Of a stretch of 64,000 nucleotides of DNA, positions 1 to 10,215 are shown in pieces; the stretch's first letter is position 1; every line of letters begins with the position of its first letter. Source of the stretch: an uncultured Myxococcales bacterium (lineage in GTDB: Bacteria > Myxococcota_A > Polyangia > Fen-1088); assembly GCA_964443975.1 (NCBI GenBank), contig CAYUFS010000031.1, forward strand, positions 549 through 64,548, written 5' to 3'. The notes under the pieces were generated by a model. The model did not search any database and was not told the origin of the DNA. It saw only the letters and a list, made by a program, of their open reading frames with translations. The position numbers and the translations under genes are program-made.

Positions 1-946
1 GACGATCGCGCAGCGCCGGCAGGGAGATCGTGTACTGCGCGAGCCGAAAGTACAGGTCGGCGCGGAACAGGCCATCCTTCACGCGGGCCTGAAGATCGTT
101 GTTGGTGGCCGCCACGAAGCGCACGTCCATGGGCGTCGAGTCCGTCGCGCCGACCGCCAGCACCTGCCGGGATTCGAGCGCGCGCAGCAGCTTCGCCTGC
201 AAGGTCAGCGGCAGATTGCCGATCTCGTCGAGGAAGAGCGTGCCCCCTTCGGCGAGCTGGAAGTGTCCCTTCCGGCGGCGGTCCGCGCCCGTGAACGAGC
301 CCTTCTCGTGCCCGAACAGCTCCGATTCGAGGAGGGCCTCGGGGATGGCGCCGCAGTCGATGGCGATGAAGGGCTTCGCGCGCCGCTCGCTCTGGCGGTG
401 GATGGCCTGCGCGACGAGATCCTTGCCCGTCCCCGTCTCGCCGAGCACCAGCACCGAGAAGTTCGATGACGCGACGGTCTGGACCTGATCGATGATCTCG
501 CGGATGGGCGGGCTGCTGCCCATCTGGGCGGCCAGGCCTCCGCCCTCGCCGAGCTGCCGGCGCAAGTCGTCGACCTCCAGCTTCAGCGCCTTGGTCTCCA
601 CGGCCCGCCGGACCACGCGCACGACCTCGACTGGATCGATGGGCTTGGTCAGGTAGTCGAACGCGCCGAGCTGGGTCGCGCGCACGGCCGATCGGACCAT
701 CGTGTCGCCTGTCAGCATCACCACAGGCGCGCTGGAGGTGATGAAGCGCATGCGGTCGAGCACGCCCAGGCCGTCGAGCTCGGGCATGTGAAGGTCGAGC
801 AGGATCAGATCGGGCGTGTCCGCGACGATGCGGTCCAGGCCGATGAGCCCGTTGTTCGCCACGATGACCTCGAAGCCTTCGGTCGTCAGGAGCTTGCGCA
901 GCAAGCGCTGCGTGCCCTCGTCATCATCTATGACGAGGACTTTCAT
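1..946 (-). CDS. Sigma54-dependent response regulator (NtrC family; REC + AAA+), runs off the window start
   Basis: Manual minus-strand translation from ATG at 946: MKVLVIDDDEG...LLDLHMP (REC), ESELFGHEKGSFTGA, GGTLFLDEIG, FVAATN, FRADLYFRL (sigma54 activator motifs). Absent from the ORF track because no stop lies inside the window. Confidence 0.93.
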   Translation of the reverse strand, partial: MKVLVIDDDEGTQRLLRKLLTTEGFEVIVANNGLIGLDRIVADTPDLILLDLHMPELDGLGVLDRMRFITSSAPVVMLTGDTMVRSAVRATQLGAFDYLTKPIDPVEVVRVVRRAVETKALKLEVDDLRRQLGEGGGLAAQMGSSPPIREIIDQVQTVASSNFSVLVLGETGTGKDLVAQAIHRQSERRAKPFIAIDCGAIPEALLESELFGHEKGSFTGADRRRKGHFQLAEGGTLFLDEIGNLPLTLQAKLLRALESRQVLAVGATDSTPMDVRFVAATNNDLQARVKDGLFRADLYFRLAQYTISLPALRDR

Positions 947-1073
947 GGCGACGCCACCAGCGCCCGGGCCCTGAAACCGTGGTTGACAACCCCCCCCTGG
1001 AATTCGCGCCATAAGGTCACGGCCCCATACTCGGCGGGTCAGGCGGCCACCTTGATGGGCGCCCGGGGATTTT

Positions 1074-1089
1074 TGGCACGCGGCCCGCT
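1074..1089 (+). promoter_or_regulatory. Candidate sigma54 (-24/-12) promoter, distal
   Basis: TGGCACG-CGGC-CCGC-T: perfect -24 TGGCACG and GG-N10-GC spacing, but CCGC instead of TTGC at -12. Confidence 0.3.
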
Positions 1090-1239
1090 GGCCCCGGCCC
1101 GATCGATTGGTCCCGGCGGGGCGTCGCTATGGAATCCCCACCCGAGATCTGGCGACTCCGCCATGGGGCCGGTCGTCGGCGCGGCGTGATCTCGACGGCG
1201 AAGGGCCGCCGTCGCGGCCTTCGGGGGCGCGGCGGCGAG

Positions 1240-1255
1240 CGGCACCGATCTGGCA
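1240..1255 (+). promoter_or_regulatory. Candidate sigma54 (-24/-12) promoter for the che operon
   Basis: CGGCAC-CGATC-TGGCA, GG-N10-GC spacing, ending 43 nt upstream of the cheA ATG (1299). Confidence 0.4.
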
Positions 1256-1298
1256 ATGGCCGTCAGCACGCTCATGACGCCCCGCCCAAGGAACCCCC

Positions 1299-3677
1299 AT
1301 GACCTCGATTGACGAGACGGACGAGATCGTCAAGGAGTTCCTCGTCGAGAGCTACGAGAACCTCGATCGATTGGACCGCGATCTCGTGGCGCTGGAGCAG
1401 AACCCGAGCTCGGCGGAGTCCGTGGCCAGCATCTTTCGCACCATCCACACGATCAAGGGGACGTGCGGCTTCCTGGGCTACGCCCGCCTCGAGGCGGTCG
1501 CCCACGCCGGTGAGAACCTGCTCAGCCGCCTGCGCGATCGCGAGATCGTCCTCAGCGCGGAGATCACCACCGCCCTCCTCAGCACCGTCGACGTCATCCG
1601 CGAGATGCTGGCGGCCATAGAGAAGAGCGGACAGGACGGGGACCGCGACTACCCCGAGCTGGTGGCGCGGCTTCACGAGTTGCAAAGCGGGGCCGTGGCG
1701 CCGGCGCCGGCGCCCGTGGCCGCTCCTCCCCCGAAGGCCGTCCCGCAGCCGCTCCCCGTCGCCACCACGGCGGCACCGGCGACCATGCCGTCCTCGGCCC
1801 CGGCCGCGGCCGCGCCGATCGTGCTCCCGGCACCGACATCCGCCTCGCCTGCCAAGGCCGCCCTCGCTCCCGGCAAACCAGCGCCAGCCGCCACGCCGCC
1901 CCTCGCGGCGACGGCGCCGGAGCGCGCCCCCTCGAACGAGCCGGCGGACACCCGCGCGGCCTCCGCCGTGACCGATACGTACGTCCGCGTCGACGTTGGC
2001 GTGCTGGACAAGCTGATGAACCTCGTGGGCGAGCTCGTGCTCGCGCGCAACCAGATCCTGCAATTCGTGGCCAGCGCCGACGACCCCAGCTTCACCGCCA
2101 CCTCCCAGCGCCTCAACCTGATCACCACCGAGCTGCAGTCGGGGGTGATGAAGACCCGCATGCAGCCCATCGGCAACATCTGGGAGAAGCTGCCCCGCGT
2201 GGTCCGCGATCTGTCGCTGGCCCTCGGCAAGCGGATCCACATCGAGATGGAGGGACGCGAGACCGAGCTCGACAAGACCATCATCGAGGCGATCAAGGAT
2301 CCGCTGACTCACCTGGTGCGAAACTGCGTCGACCACGGCCTCGAGACCGAGGCCGAGCGGGTGGCGGCGGGCAAGGACCCGGAGGGGCGGCTGTCGCTGC
2401 GCGCCTTTCACGAGGGCGGGCAGGTGAACATCGAGATCTCCGACGACGGCGCCGGCCTGAACCTGGACCGCATCCGCGCCAAGGCCGTCGAGCGTGGGCT
2501 GCTGTCGGCGGACCAGGCAGCGCGCCTCGCGGATCGCCAGGTCTGCGACCTCATCTTTCTTCCGGGGTTCTCCACGGCCGAGAAGGTCAGCAACGTCTCC
2601 GGGCGGGGCGTGGGCATGGACGTCGTCAAGACGAACGTCGAGCGCATCGGCGGCATCGTCGACCTCGTGAGCCGGCCCGGCCTCGGGACCACCTTCCGCA
2701 TCAAGATTCCGCTGACCCTCGCCATCATTCCGGCGCTCATCGTCACGAGCGGGGGCGATCGCTACGCCATCCCCCAGATCAGTCTCCTCGAGCTCGTGCG
2801 CCTCACGGGAGCCCAGGTGAAGGACTCCATCGATTCGATTCACGGGACGCCGGTGTGCCGGCTGCGCGGCAGCCTGCTGCCGCTCGTCGATCTGGGACGC
2901 GAGCTCGGCTTCGGCGACCCCCGCGAGCCCCTGAAGCTGGCCGAGGCCGAGACGGTGAGCATCGTGGTCCTGCAAGCGGACAATCACCGCTTCGGCCTCA
3001 TCGTCGACCGCATCACCGACAGCGAGGAGATCGTCGTCAAGCCGCTCGGCAAGCACCTGAAGGGCATCCCGGCCTTCGCGGGCGCGACGATCATGGGCGA
3101 TGGGCGGGTCGCGCTGATTCTGGACGTCCTCGGGCTCGCCCAGGTGGCGAGGGTGGTCGGCCAGGGCCAGGACCGCACGAAGTCGAAGCGAACGCAGACC
3201 GTCGAAGCCTCGGAGCGCCGCAAGCAGAGCCTGTTGCTGTTCAGCCTGTCCGATGGCCGGCCCGTCGCCGTGCCGCTGTCGATGGTCGCTCGGCTGGAGA
3301 TCTTCGACGCGCGCACGGTCGAGGCGCTGCAGGACTACCGGGTCGTCCAGTATCGCGGCGAGGTGCTCCCGCTGCTGGACGTCGACACCCTGATGGGCAC
3401 CGGCGCCGCGAACTGGGACGCCGAGGGTCCCCTGCACGTGGTGGTGCACGGGGTCGGCGACCGCCACATCGGCCTCGTGGTGCGGCGGATCATCGACGTC
3501 GTCGAGGAGCACGTCGACGTCAAGCGCCCGACCTCGGGCCGGAGCGCGAGCGGCGTGCTCGGGTGCGCCGTCATCCAGAAGCGCGTGACGGAGATGCTGG
3601 ACCTGGACGCCATGTTGCGGCTGGAGGCGGGGCGCTTCTTGGCCGGCGACGAGACCACGACAGGGGCGGAGGGCTGA
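1299..3677 (+). CDS. cheA: Chemotaxis histidine kinase CheA (Hpt, Pro/Ala linker, dimerisation, HATPase, two CheW-like domains)
   Basis: FRTIHTIKG Hpt motif; HLVRNCVDHG; VSGRGVGMDVV; two C-terminal CheW-like domains (RYAIPQISLLE.., PVAVPLSMVARLE..). Confidence 0.97.
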   Translation: MTSIDETDEIVKEFLVESYENLDRLDRDLVALEQNPSSAESVASIFRTIHTIKGTCGFLGYARLEAVAHAGENLLSRLRDREIVLSAEITTALLSTVDVIREMLAAIEKSGQDGDRDYPELVARLHELQSGAVAPAPAPVAAPPPKAVPQPLPVATTAAPATMPSSAPAAAAPIVLPAPTSASPAKAALAPGKPAPAATPPLAATAPERAPSNEPADTRAASAVTDTYVRVDVGVLDKLMNLVGELVLARNQILQFVASADDPSFTATSQRLNLITTELQSGVMKTRMQPIGNIWEKLPRVVRDLSLALGKRIHIEMEGRETELDKTIIEAIKDPLTHLVRNCVDHGLETEAERVAAGKDPEGRLSLRAFHEGGQVNIEISDDGAGLNLDRIRAKAVERGLLSADQAARLADRQVCDLIFLPGFSTAEKVSNVSGRGVGMDVVKTNVERIGGIVDLVSRPGLGTTFRIKIPLTLAIIPALIVTSGGDRYAIPQISLLELVRLTGAQVKDSIDSIHGTPVCRLRGSLLPLVDLGRELGFGDPREPLKLAEAETVSIVVLQADNHRFGLIVDRITDSEEIVVKPLGKHLKGIPAFAGATIMGDGRVALILDVLGLAQVARVVGQGQDRTKSKRTQTVEASERRKQSLLLFSLSDGRPVAVPLSMVARLEIFDARTVEALQDYRVVQYRGEVLPLLDVDTLMGTGAANWDAEGPLHVVVHGVGDRHIGLVVRRIIDVVEEHVDVKRPTSGRSASGVLGCAVIQKRVTEMLDLDAMLRLEAGRFLAGDETTTGAEG

Positions 3678-3678
3678 G

Positions 3679-4170
3679 ATGGAGAGCATTCAATTCACCA
3701 CCTTCTCGGTGGACGGCGTCTACTTCGGCGTCGACGTGAACGGGGTCCAGGAGGTCCTGCGCTATCAGACGATGACGCATGTGCCGCTGGCGCCGTCAGT
3801 CGTGAAGGGCCTCATCAACCTGCGCGGCCAGATCGTGACCGCCATCGACCTGCGACAGCGGCTGGGCATGCCCCCCCGCCCCCCGGGCACGTTGCCCATG
3901 AACGTCGTCCTGCGCCTGGACGACGGACCGGTCAGCCTGCTGGTCGACGACATCGGCGACGTCCTGACGGTGTCGCCGCATCTCGCCGAGCCGCTCCCCG
4001 AGACGATGCAGCACCTTGGCCGCGAGCTGATCACCGGCGTCTACAAGCTGAGCGGCCGGCTGTTGCTGATCCTCGACGCGGAGCGCGCCGTGACGTTCCA
4101 CAACGGGCGGCTCCGCGGCAGCGACGACAACCATCACGCGGCCGCCGCCACCCCTTCCAATCCGCAATGA
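3679..4170 (+). CDS. cheW: Chemotaxis coupling protein CheW
   Basis: [39 protein letters not shown]. Confidence 0.96.
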   Translation: MESIQFTTFSVDGVYFGVDVNGVQEVLRYQTMTHVPLAPSVVKGLINLRGQIVTAIDLRQRLGMPPRPPGTLPMNVVLRLDDGPVSLLVDDIGDVLTVSPHLAEPLPETMQHLGRELITGVYKLSGRLLLILDAERAVTFHNGRLRGSDDNHHAAAATPSNPQ

Positions 4171-4192
4171 CCCCTCCGAGGAGAACCATTCC

Positions 4193-6070
4193 ATGAAGAA
4201 CCTGAGACTGAACCAGAAACTGATCGCCGGCTTCGGCCTGATCCTGGGCATCTTCGCCTCGGTCGGGGTCGTCGTGAGCCACAGCTTGCAAGGCGTGAGG
4301 GCCGGCGGCGAGATCATGCGCACGCACTCGATCCCGGGAATGTTCCAGCTGGCGTCAATCCGGAAGCTCTCGAACGCCAACTTCCTCCTCGCTCAGTCCG
4401 TGGCCCTCACCGAGGATCCGGCGGCCCGGGACCGCCTGGAGGTCGAGATGACCGAGAACACGCGGCAGCGCCTCGAGCTGTTCCCGAAGTACGAGGCGCT
4501 GATCGACACGCCCGAGTTGCGCGGCCACTTCGACGAGCTCAAGCGCGCGACCGACAGCTGGAGCGCGCTCAAGCCCAGGATCTTCGCCGCCGCGAACGCC
4601 AACGACCAGAAAGAGGCGAGGCGAATCTTGAACGTGGAAGGCGCGCCCATTCGCGCCGCGTTCGACGCGGCGATGAAGGCCCTGTTCGCGTCCTCGGAGA
4701 GCGGGACGCGCGAGACCGCCGACGCCATCGTCGCCTCCGCGACCGCCATGGCGACCATCCTGTGGGGGGGGATCGCGCTGACGCTCGCATTCGGAATCAT
4801 CGTCGCCCTGGTCATCGCCCGCAGCATCACGCGGCCGGTGGCCTCGCTGGTCGAGCACGTCACCCGTGTCGGCCAGGGTGACCTCGCGTCTCGCTGCGAC
4901 TACAGCTCGCGCGACGAGATCGGCCAGCTCAGCGATTCGTTGAATCGCATGACGGGCGACCTGAAGATGGCGCAGGGCCAGGAGGCCGTGCGCACCGAGC
5001 AGGACCGCGAGACGCAGCGCGAGCTGCAGATGAAGGTCGACAGCTTGCTCAGCGACGTGCGGCGGATCGGCGACGGCGACCTGACGCAGCAGATCTCGGT
5101 CAAGGGCGCCGACGCCATCGGGCAGCTCGGCGAGGGCATCGAACACCTGTCCTCCGAGCTGAACCGAAACATGTCCGCCATCGCGCACAACGCCCAGACC
5201 CTCGCCGCCTCGGCCGAGGAGCTGAGCGCCACCTCGCAGCAGATGGCCTCCAACTCCGAGGAGACCTCCAACCAGGCGGGCTCGGTGTCCTCCGCGGCCG
5301 AGCAGGTCAGCAAGAACGTGCAGACCGTGGCCACGGCCGGCGACGAGATGACGGCCTCCATCAAGGAGATCGCGAAGAACGCGCACGAGGCCACCAAGGT
5401 GACGATGACGGCCGTCGAGGTGGTGCGCTCCGCGAACGCCACCATCAGCAAGCTGGGTGACAGCTCGATGGAGATCGGCAAGGTCATCAAGGTCATCACC
5501 TCCATCGCGGAGCAGACCAACCTGCTCGCGCTGAACGCCACCATCGAGGCGGCGCGCGCCGGCGAGGCCGGCAAGGGCTTCGCGGTCGTCGCCAACGAGG
5601 TGAAGGAGCTGGCCAAGGAGACCGCGAAGGCGACCGAGGACATCAGCCTTAAGGTCGATGCCATCCAGGGAGACACCGCCGCCGCCGTGAAGGCCGTCGA
5701 GGAGATCCGCGGCATCATCAACCAGGTCAACGACATCGCCACCACCATCGCCGGCGCGGTCGAGGAGCAGACGGCCACCACCAACGAGATCGGCCGCAGC
5801 GTGTCCGAGGCCTCCCGCGGCGCCACCGAGATCGCCCGCAACATCAGCGGCGTGGCGCAGGCCGCCCAGAACACCGCCGCCGGCGCCGGCGCGACCCTGA
5901 CCGCAGCGTCCTCGCTGGCCCAGCTCGCCTCCGAGCTCCAGGCGGTGGTCGGCCGCTTCAAGCTGGACGGCCGGCCTCGCGCCACCGCTCAGTCGGTCGC
6001 GCTCCGCTCGGTCAACGGTGCCGGTCGCGGCAACGGAACCTCTCATCGCAGCAACGGCTCGGCGGCTTGA
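4193..6070 (+). CDS. Methyl-accepting chemotaxis protein (TM, four-helix-bundle-like sensor, TM, HAMP domains, signalling domain)
   Basis: Two hydrophobic TM segments; canonical tip [31 protein letters not shown]. Confidence 0.97.
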   Translation: MKNLRLNQKLIAGFGLILGIFASVGVVVSHSLQGVRAGGEIMRTHSIPGMFQLASIRKLSNANFLLAQSVALTEDPAARDRLEVEMTENTRQRLELFPKYEALIDTPELRGHFDELKRATDSWSALKPRIFAAANANDQKEARRILNVEGAPIRAAFDAAMKALFASSESGTRETADAIVASATAMATILWGGIALTLAFGIIVALVIARSITRPVASLVEHVTRVGQGDLASRCDYSSRDEIGQLSDSLNRMTGDLKMAQGQEAVRTEQDRETQRELQMKVDSLLSDVRRIGDGDLTQQISVKGADAIGQLGEGIEHLSSELNRNMSAIAHNAQTLAASAEELSATSQQMASNSEETSNQAGSVSSAAEQVSKNVQTVATAGDEMTASIKEIAKNAHEATKVTMTAVEVVRSANATISKLGDSSMEIGKVIKVITSIAEQTNLLALNATIEAARAGEAGKGFAVVANEVKELAKETAKATEDISLKVDAIQGDTAAAVKAVEEIRGIINQVNDIATTIAGAVEEQTATTNEIGRSVSEASRGATEIARNISGVAQAAQNTAAGAGATLTAASSLAQLASELQAVVGRFKLDGRPRATAQSVALRSVNGAGRGNGTSHRSNGSAA

Positions 6071-6095
6071 GCCCCCTTCAACCAGGAGATCAGAC

Positions 6096-6479
6096 GTGCA
6101 AGCTCTAGTCGTCGACGATTCGCGCGCCATGAGGATCATCATCGGGCGGGTCCTCAAGGAGATCGGTTTCGAGGTGCTCGAGGCTGGCCACGGCGGCGAG
6201 GCCATCGAGCGGCTGAAGGCGGCCCCCGGCGTGTCGCTGGCGATGGTCGACTGGAACATGCCGGTCATGAACGGCCTCGAGCTGGTCACGGCCGTGCGCG
6301 CCGACGCCCGCTGGGCGCACGTCACCGTCATCATGGTCACGACGGAGAGCGAGTCGGGCCAGATGCTGAAGGCCCTCGACGCCGGCGCCAACGAGTACGT
6401 CATGAAGCCCTTCACCGTCGACATTCTCAAGGAGAAGCTCGCGATGCTCGGCGTGATACCGCAAGGAGGCTCCTCGTGA
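6096..6479 (+). CDS. cheY: CheY-like single-domain response regulator
   Basis: GTG start at 6096 after AGGAG; VDDS, VDWNMP, TTES, KPF motifs; inside the che operon. Confidence 0.92.
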   Translation: MQALVVDDSRAMRIIIGRVLKEIGFEVLEAGHGGEAIERLKAAPGVSLAMVDWNMPVMNGLELVTAVRADARWAHVTVIMVTTESESGQMLKALDAGANEYVMKPFTVDILKEKLAMLGVIPQGGSS

Positions 6480-6934
6480 ATCCCCACTTCCCAGATCCGA
6501 ACACCCTGGCGACGCTGGTCACCAACGTGACGAACACGATGTGTGGCATCTCGTTCGAGCCGGACCACGACTACCAGCACGACGCGGACGCCCCGTGGCG
6601 CCTGGCGACCCTGGCGATCCCGGGCCAGCGATCGATCGTCGTGGCGCTGTGCTCCAGCCTGGCGGGCTGCCAGGCGCTCGGCGCCGCGCTGTTCTCCTGC
6701 CCAGCGGACACGCTGGATCAGTCGATGCTCGACGACTCCCTCTGCGAGCTGCTCAACATGGCGGCCGGTCAGATCAAGAGCGCGCTCGGCCTCGACCAGG
6801 CGCTGGGCTTGCCGAAGATCGTCGAGGAGCCCGATCTCAACAAGAAGGTGGAGCGGGCGGTACGTGAGGGCGTGATGCTGCGAAGTCCCCAGAATCACGG
6901 CCTCCTCATCTGGGTTTCCGAGGGCGGGCTCTAG
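6476..6934 (+). CDS. cheX: CheX-like phosphatase
   Basis: About 150 aa with LCELLNMAAGQIK (ExxN motif); start overlaps the cheY stop. Confidence 0.75.
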   Translation: MNPHFPDPNTLATLVTNVTNTMCGISFEPDHDYQHDADAPWRLATLAIPGQRSIVVALCSSLAGCQALGAALFSCPADTLDQSMLDDSLCELLNMAAGQIKSALGLDQALGLPKIVEEPDLNKKVERAVREGVMLRSPQNHGLLIWVSEGGL

Positions 6935-6963
6935 GTTTTCCGTAAGGCGAAGAGGAGACGACG

Positions 6964-8151
6964 ATGACCAGAATATTGACAGTCGACGACAGCCGGGCGG
7001 TCCGCATGATCGTGACCAAGCAGATCCGCGACCTCGGCTTCGACGTCGAGGAGGCGGAGGACGGCCTGCTCGGCCTCGCGCAGATGGAGGAGACGAAGTT
7101 CGACCTCGTCGTCCTCGACGTCACCATGCCGAACCTCGACGGACCAGGGATGCTCACCCAGCTCCGCGAGCGAGGCGATCAGACGCCGGTCCTGATGCTG
7201 ACCTCGGAGTCGAAGCGGTCCATCGTCGCAGGCCTCATGAAGCTCGGGATCAGCGACTACATCCTGAAGCCGTTCAAGCCGGACGAGCTTCGCGCCAAGA
7301 TCCTGAAGGCGCTGAAGCAGGAGCCCGCGGCCGCGGCGGGAGCGGCGACGGCCGAGGAGGAAGCGCCCGACCCCACGCCTGCCGCGCAATCCGTCGTCTC
7401 GGGCGGATCGAACCGCTCGGACGCCGCCGCGGCCAAGCCGTTCTTCGACCTGCTGGTGATCGACGACATGGAGAACGTGCAGAAGCGCCTGCGCCAGTTG
7501 CTGCCCGAGCACCTCACCTTGGCGGGCGCCATCAACGGCCAGACCGCCATGACGCTGTGCCGCGAGCGCATCTTCCGCGTCATCCTCATCGACAGCGACA
7601 TGCCCGACGTGAACACCGCGTCGCTCGTGAAGTCCATCCGCCTGCTGCAGCCGAGCGCCGCGCTCGCGCTGCTGTCGCTGCGGACGACGAACAACGTCCT
7701 CGGCGAGGCCCGGGAGCTCGGCCTCGACACGGTGCTGTTCAAGCCCTTCACCTCCGAGGGCGTCGAGGAGTTCCTGTCGAAGTACTTCGACAACCAGGAG
7801 CTGGTGGTCAAGGAGGACGACCTCATCCGCGTGGCCGCGTTCAAGGGCCGCGAGGACCGCATCCCCGGCTACTTCCTGCGGGTGTCCGCGCTGGCGGCGA
7901 AGACCCTCGACGAGATCGCCGCGGCCTGCTTCGCCGAGGCCATCGTGGATCTGTCCCGCCTGCCCGCGCAATCGGCCAAGCCGGCGGCGCTCGTGATCGA
8001 GCTCGGCGAGCACGCCCGCAAGGTCGGCATCGAGATCCGGATCGTGGGCTCCCCCGAGGTCATCCAGCTGCTCCGGCAGTACTCCGACACGGCGGGCATG
8101 ACGGTGTTCCCGACGGTCGAGCAGGCGCGCGGGGCCGGGGCGGCTGCGTGA
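6964..8151 (+). CDS. Response regulator with two receiver domains and a C-terminal STAS-like domain
   Basis: REC1 VDDS..LDVTMP..KPF; REC2 IDDM..IDSDMP..KPF; C-terminal IVDLSRL...IRIVGSPEVIQLL...VFPTVEQA resembles the STAS/anti-anti-sigma fold. Confidence 0.8.
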   Translation: MTRILTVDDSRAVRMIVTKQIRDLGFDVEEAEDGLLGLAQMEETKFDLVVLDVTMPNLDGPGMLTQLRERGDQTPVLMLTSESKRSIVAGLMKLGISDYILKPFKPDELRAKILKALKQEPAAAAGAATAEEEAPDPTPAAQSVVSGGSNRSDAAAAKPFFDLLVIDDMENVQKRLRQLLPEHLTLAGAINGQTAMTLCRERIFRVILIDSDMPDVNTASLVKSIRLLQPSAALALLSLRTTNNVLGEARELGLDTVLFKPFTSEGVEEFLSKYFDNQELVVKEDDLIRVAAFKGREDRIPGYFLRVSALAAKTLDEIAAACFAEAIVDLSRLPAQSAKPAALVIELGEHARKVGIEIRIVGSPEVIQLLRQYSDTAGMTVFPTVEQARGAGAAA

Positions 8152-9041
8152 TGAGCGCCGCCGGAGCTCCCGCGCACGATCAGACGCGCCTGGCCGACCA
8201 GCTGGAAGCGATCGTGATGAAGAAGATCGCGAACGATCAGCTCGTCATCCCGGCGCTGCCCTCGGTGGCCGCGCGCTGTCTGTCGCTGCTCAAGAGCCCC
8301 GACTTCTCCATTCGCGAGGTCTCGAACATCCTCGAGAGCGACCCGATGCTCGCGGCCAAGCTGCTGAAGCTGGCCAACAGCGCGGCGTTCGGGGGCCGCA
8401 ACTCGGTCACCAGCATCACGAACGCGGTCACGCGGGTGGGCGCGCAACACCTCAAGAACCTGCTCATCGAGGGGTCGGCGCGCAAGCTGTTCGAGTCCGG
8501 CGACCGGCACATCGCCGAGGCGAACGGCAAGCTCTGGACGCACTCGGTCGCGGTGGCGGTCGTGGCGCGGGATCTCACCGCCATCTGCGGCGGCGGCGAG
8601 CCCGACGCCGCTTACCTCTCGGGTCTGCTGCACGACGTGGGCAAGCCGGTGGTCGCGGCGATGTTGCTCGACGTCGAGCGCGCCATGCAGGACATGCGCA
8701 AGCGCACGAACTGGATCAACGGCGACGAGTGGATCGAGGTCATCCAGCGAACCCACCGCAAGATCGCCGTCTCGCTGGCGGAGAAGTGGCAGCTGCCCGA
8801 CACCGTCATGCGCACGATCCGCGACTGCGAGGAGTACGACAACGCCGACCGGCTCTCGGCCTCGAACATCGTCCGCTTCTCGAACGCCCTGGTCAAGCAG
8901 GAGGGGATCTATGTCGGCGCGGTGGCGAAGGACGACAACGACGCTCTCGTGATGATCGGGAAGTCTCTCCTCGGCCTCGACGACGACGCGGTGAAGCGAG
9001 GCGCGGCGGGGCTGGCGGCGGTTCGAAAGCAGCACCCGTGA
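8151..9041 (+). CDS. HDOD domain protein
   Basis: ATG at 8151 overlaps the upstream stop; IPALPSVAAR, DPMLAAKLLKLANSAAF, WTHSVAVA, GLLHDVGK. Confidence 0.9.
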   Translation: MSAAGAPAHDQTRLADQLEAIVMKKIANDQLVIPALPSVAARCLSLLKSPDFSIREVSNILESDPMLAAKLLKLANSAAFGGRNSVTSITNAVTRVGAQHLKNLLIEGSARKLFESGDRHIAEANGKLWTHSVAVAVVARDLTAICGGGEPDAAYLSGLLHDVGKPVVAAMLLDVERAMQDMRKRTNWINGDEWIEVIQRTHRKIAVSLAEKWQLPDTVMRTIRDCEEYDNADRLSASNIVRFSNALVKQEGIYVGAVAKDDNDALVMIGKSLLGLDDDAVKRGAAGLAAVRKQHP

Positions 9042-9096
9042 TGCAACCCTCGAACAAGTCAGCGACTCCGACAGCGACGCGGCAGGGCCGCGCGCC

Positions 9097-10215
9097 ATGA
9101 CGCTCGCGGCCTCCGCGAATCCCGATTCGGTCGCCCGCTTGCGGGTCCTCGTGGTCGACGACTCCGTCGTAGTCCGGCGGATGCTGACGACCGCCATCGA
9201 CCGGGATCCGGCGCTGCAGGTGGTGGGCACCGCCTCGAACGGCCGCCTGGCCCTCGCCAAATTGCAGCAGTCCCCGTGCGATGTCGTGACGCTCGACGTG
9301 GAGATGCCGGAGCTCGGCGGCCTCGAGACGCTCGCCGCCATCCGCCGACAGTTTCCGCAGCTCCCGGTGTTGATGTGCAGCTCGATGACCGAGCGCGGGG
9401 CCGTCACGACGCTCGAGGCCCTGTCCCGCGGCGCCAACGACTACATCACGAAGCCGACCACGGACGCCGCGCAGAACGGTTTCGGCTCCGAGCTGGTCGA
9501 GAAGATCAAGACGCTGGGCCGCGCGATCCGCAGGCCCGTCGAGCCTGTGCAGGCGCGGCGCACGGTGACACCGCCCCCGTCCCCCGCCCCACCGGCGCCA
9601 AGGTCCGCGGCGGCCGAGCCCGCCGCCGCCATCGCGATCGGGACGTCGACGGGTGGCCCGAACGCGCTCGCGGAGGTGATCCCGCAGCTCCCGGCCGGCC
9701 TGGCGGTGCCCGTGTTCATCGTCCAGCACATGCCGCCCGTGTTCACGAAGATGCTCGCCGACCGGTTGGCCCGGGTGTCGGCCCTGCCCGTGCACGAGGC
9801 CCGCCAGGGGGACCTCGCGCAGGCCGGGCACGTGTACATCGCACCCGGCGACTGGCACATGACGGTGGTCCGGGAAGGCGCGCGCGTCAGCATCTCCTTG
9901 AACCAGGGCCCGCCCGAGAGCTCCTGTCGGCCCGCGGTCGATCCGTTGTTTCGCTCCATCGCCGCCGCGTACGGCCCGGCCGCGCTCGCCGTGGTGCTGA
10001 CGGGCATGGGCAAGGACGGCCTGAACGGCTGCGAGCTGATTCGCGCGGCGGGTGGCGTCGTGCTCGCCCAGGACGAGCCGACCTCGGTGGTCTGGGGGAT
10101 GCCGGGCTTCGTGGCGGGCGCCGGCCTCGCGGACGAGGTGGTGCCGTTGCAAAGGGTGGCGGCCGCCATCGTGCGGCGCACCCGCGGCGGTCGCGCCGGG
10201 GGCGGAACGCCATGA
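9097..10215 (+). CDS. cheB: Chemotaxis response regulator methylesterase CheB
   Basis: N-terminal REC; IGTSTGGP, VQHMP, VLTGMGKDG methylesterase motifs. Confidence 0.97.
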   Translation: MTLAASANPDSVARLRVLVVDDSVVVRRMLTTAIDRDPALQVVGTASNGRLALAKLQQSPCDVVTLDVEMPELGGLETLAAIRRQFPQLPVLMCSSMTERGAVTTLEALSRGANDYITKPTTDAAQNGFGSELVEKIKTLGRAIRRPVEPVQARRTVTPPPSPAPPAPRSAAAEPAAAIAIGTSTGGPNALAEVIPQLPAGLAVPVFIVQHMPPVFTKMLADRLARVSALPVHEARQGDLAQAGHVYIAPGDWHMTVVREGARVSISLNQGPPESSCRPAVDPLFRSIAAAYGPAALAVVLTGMGKDGLNGCELIRAAGGVVLAQDEPTSVVWGMPGFVAGAGLADEVVPLQRVAAAIVRRTRGGRAGGGTP

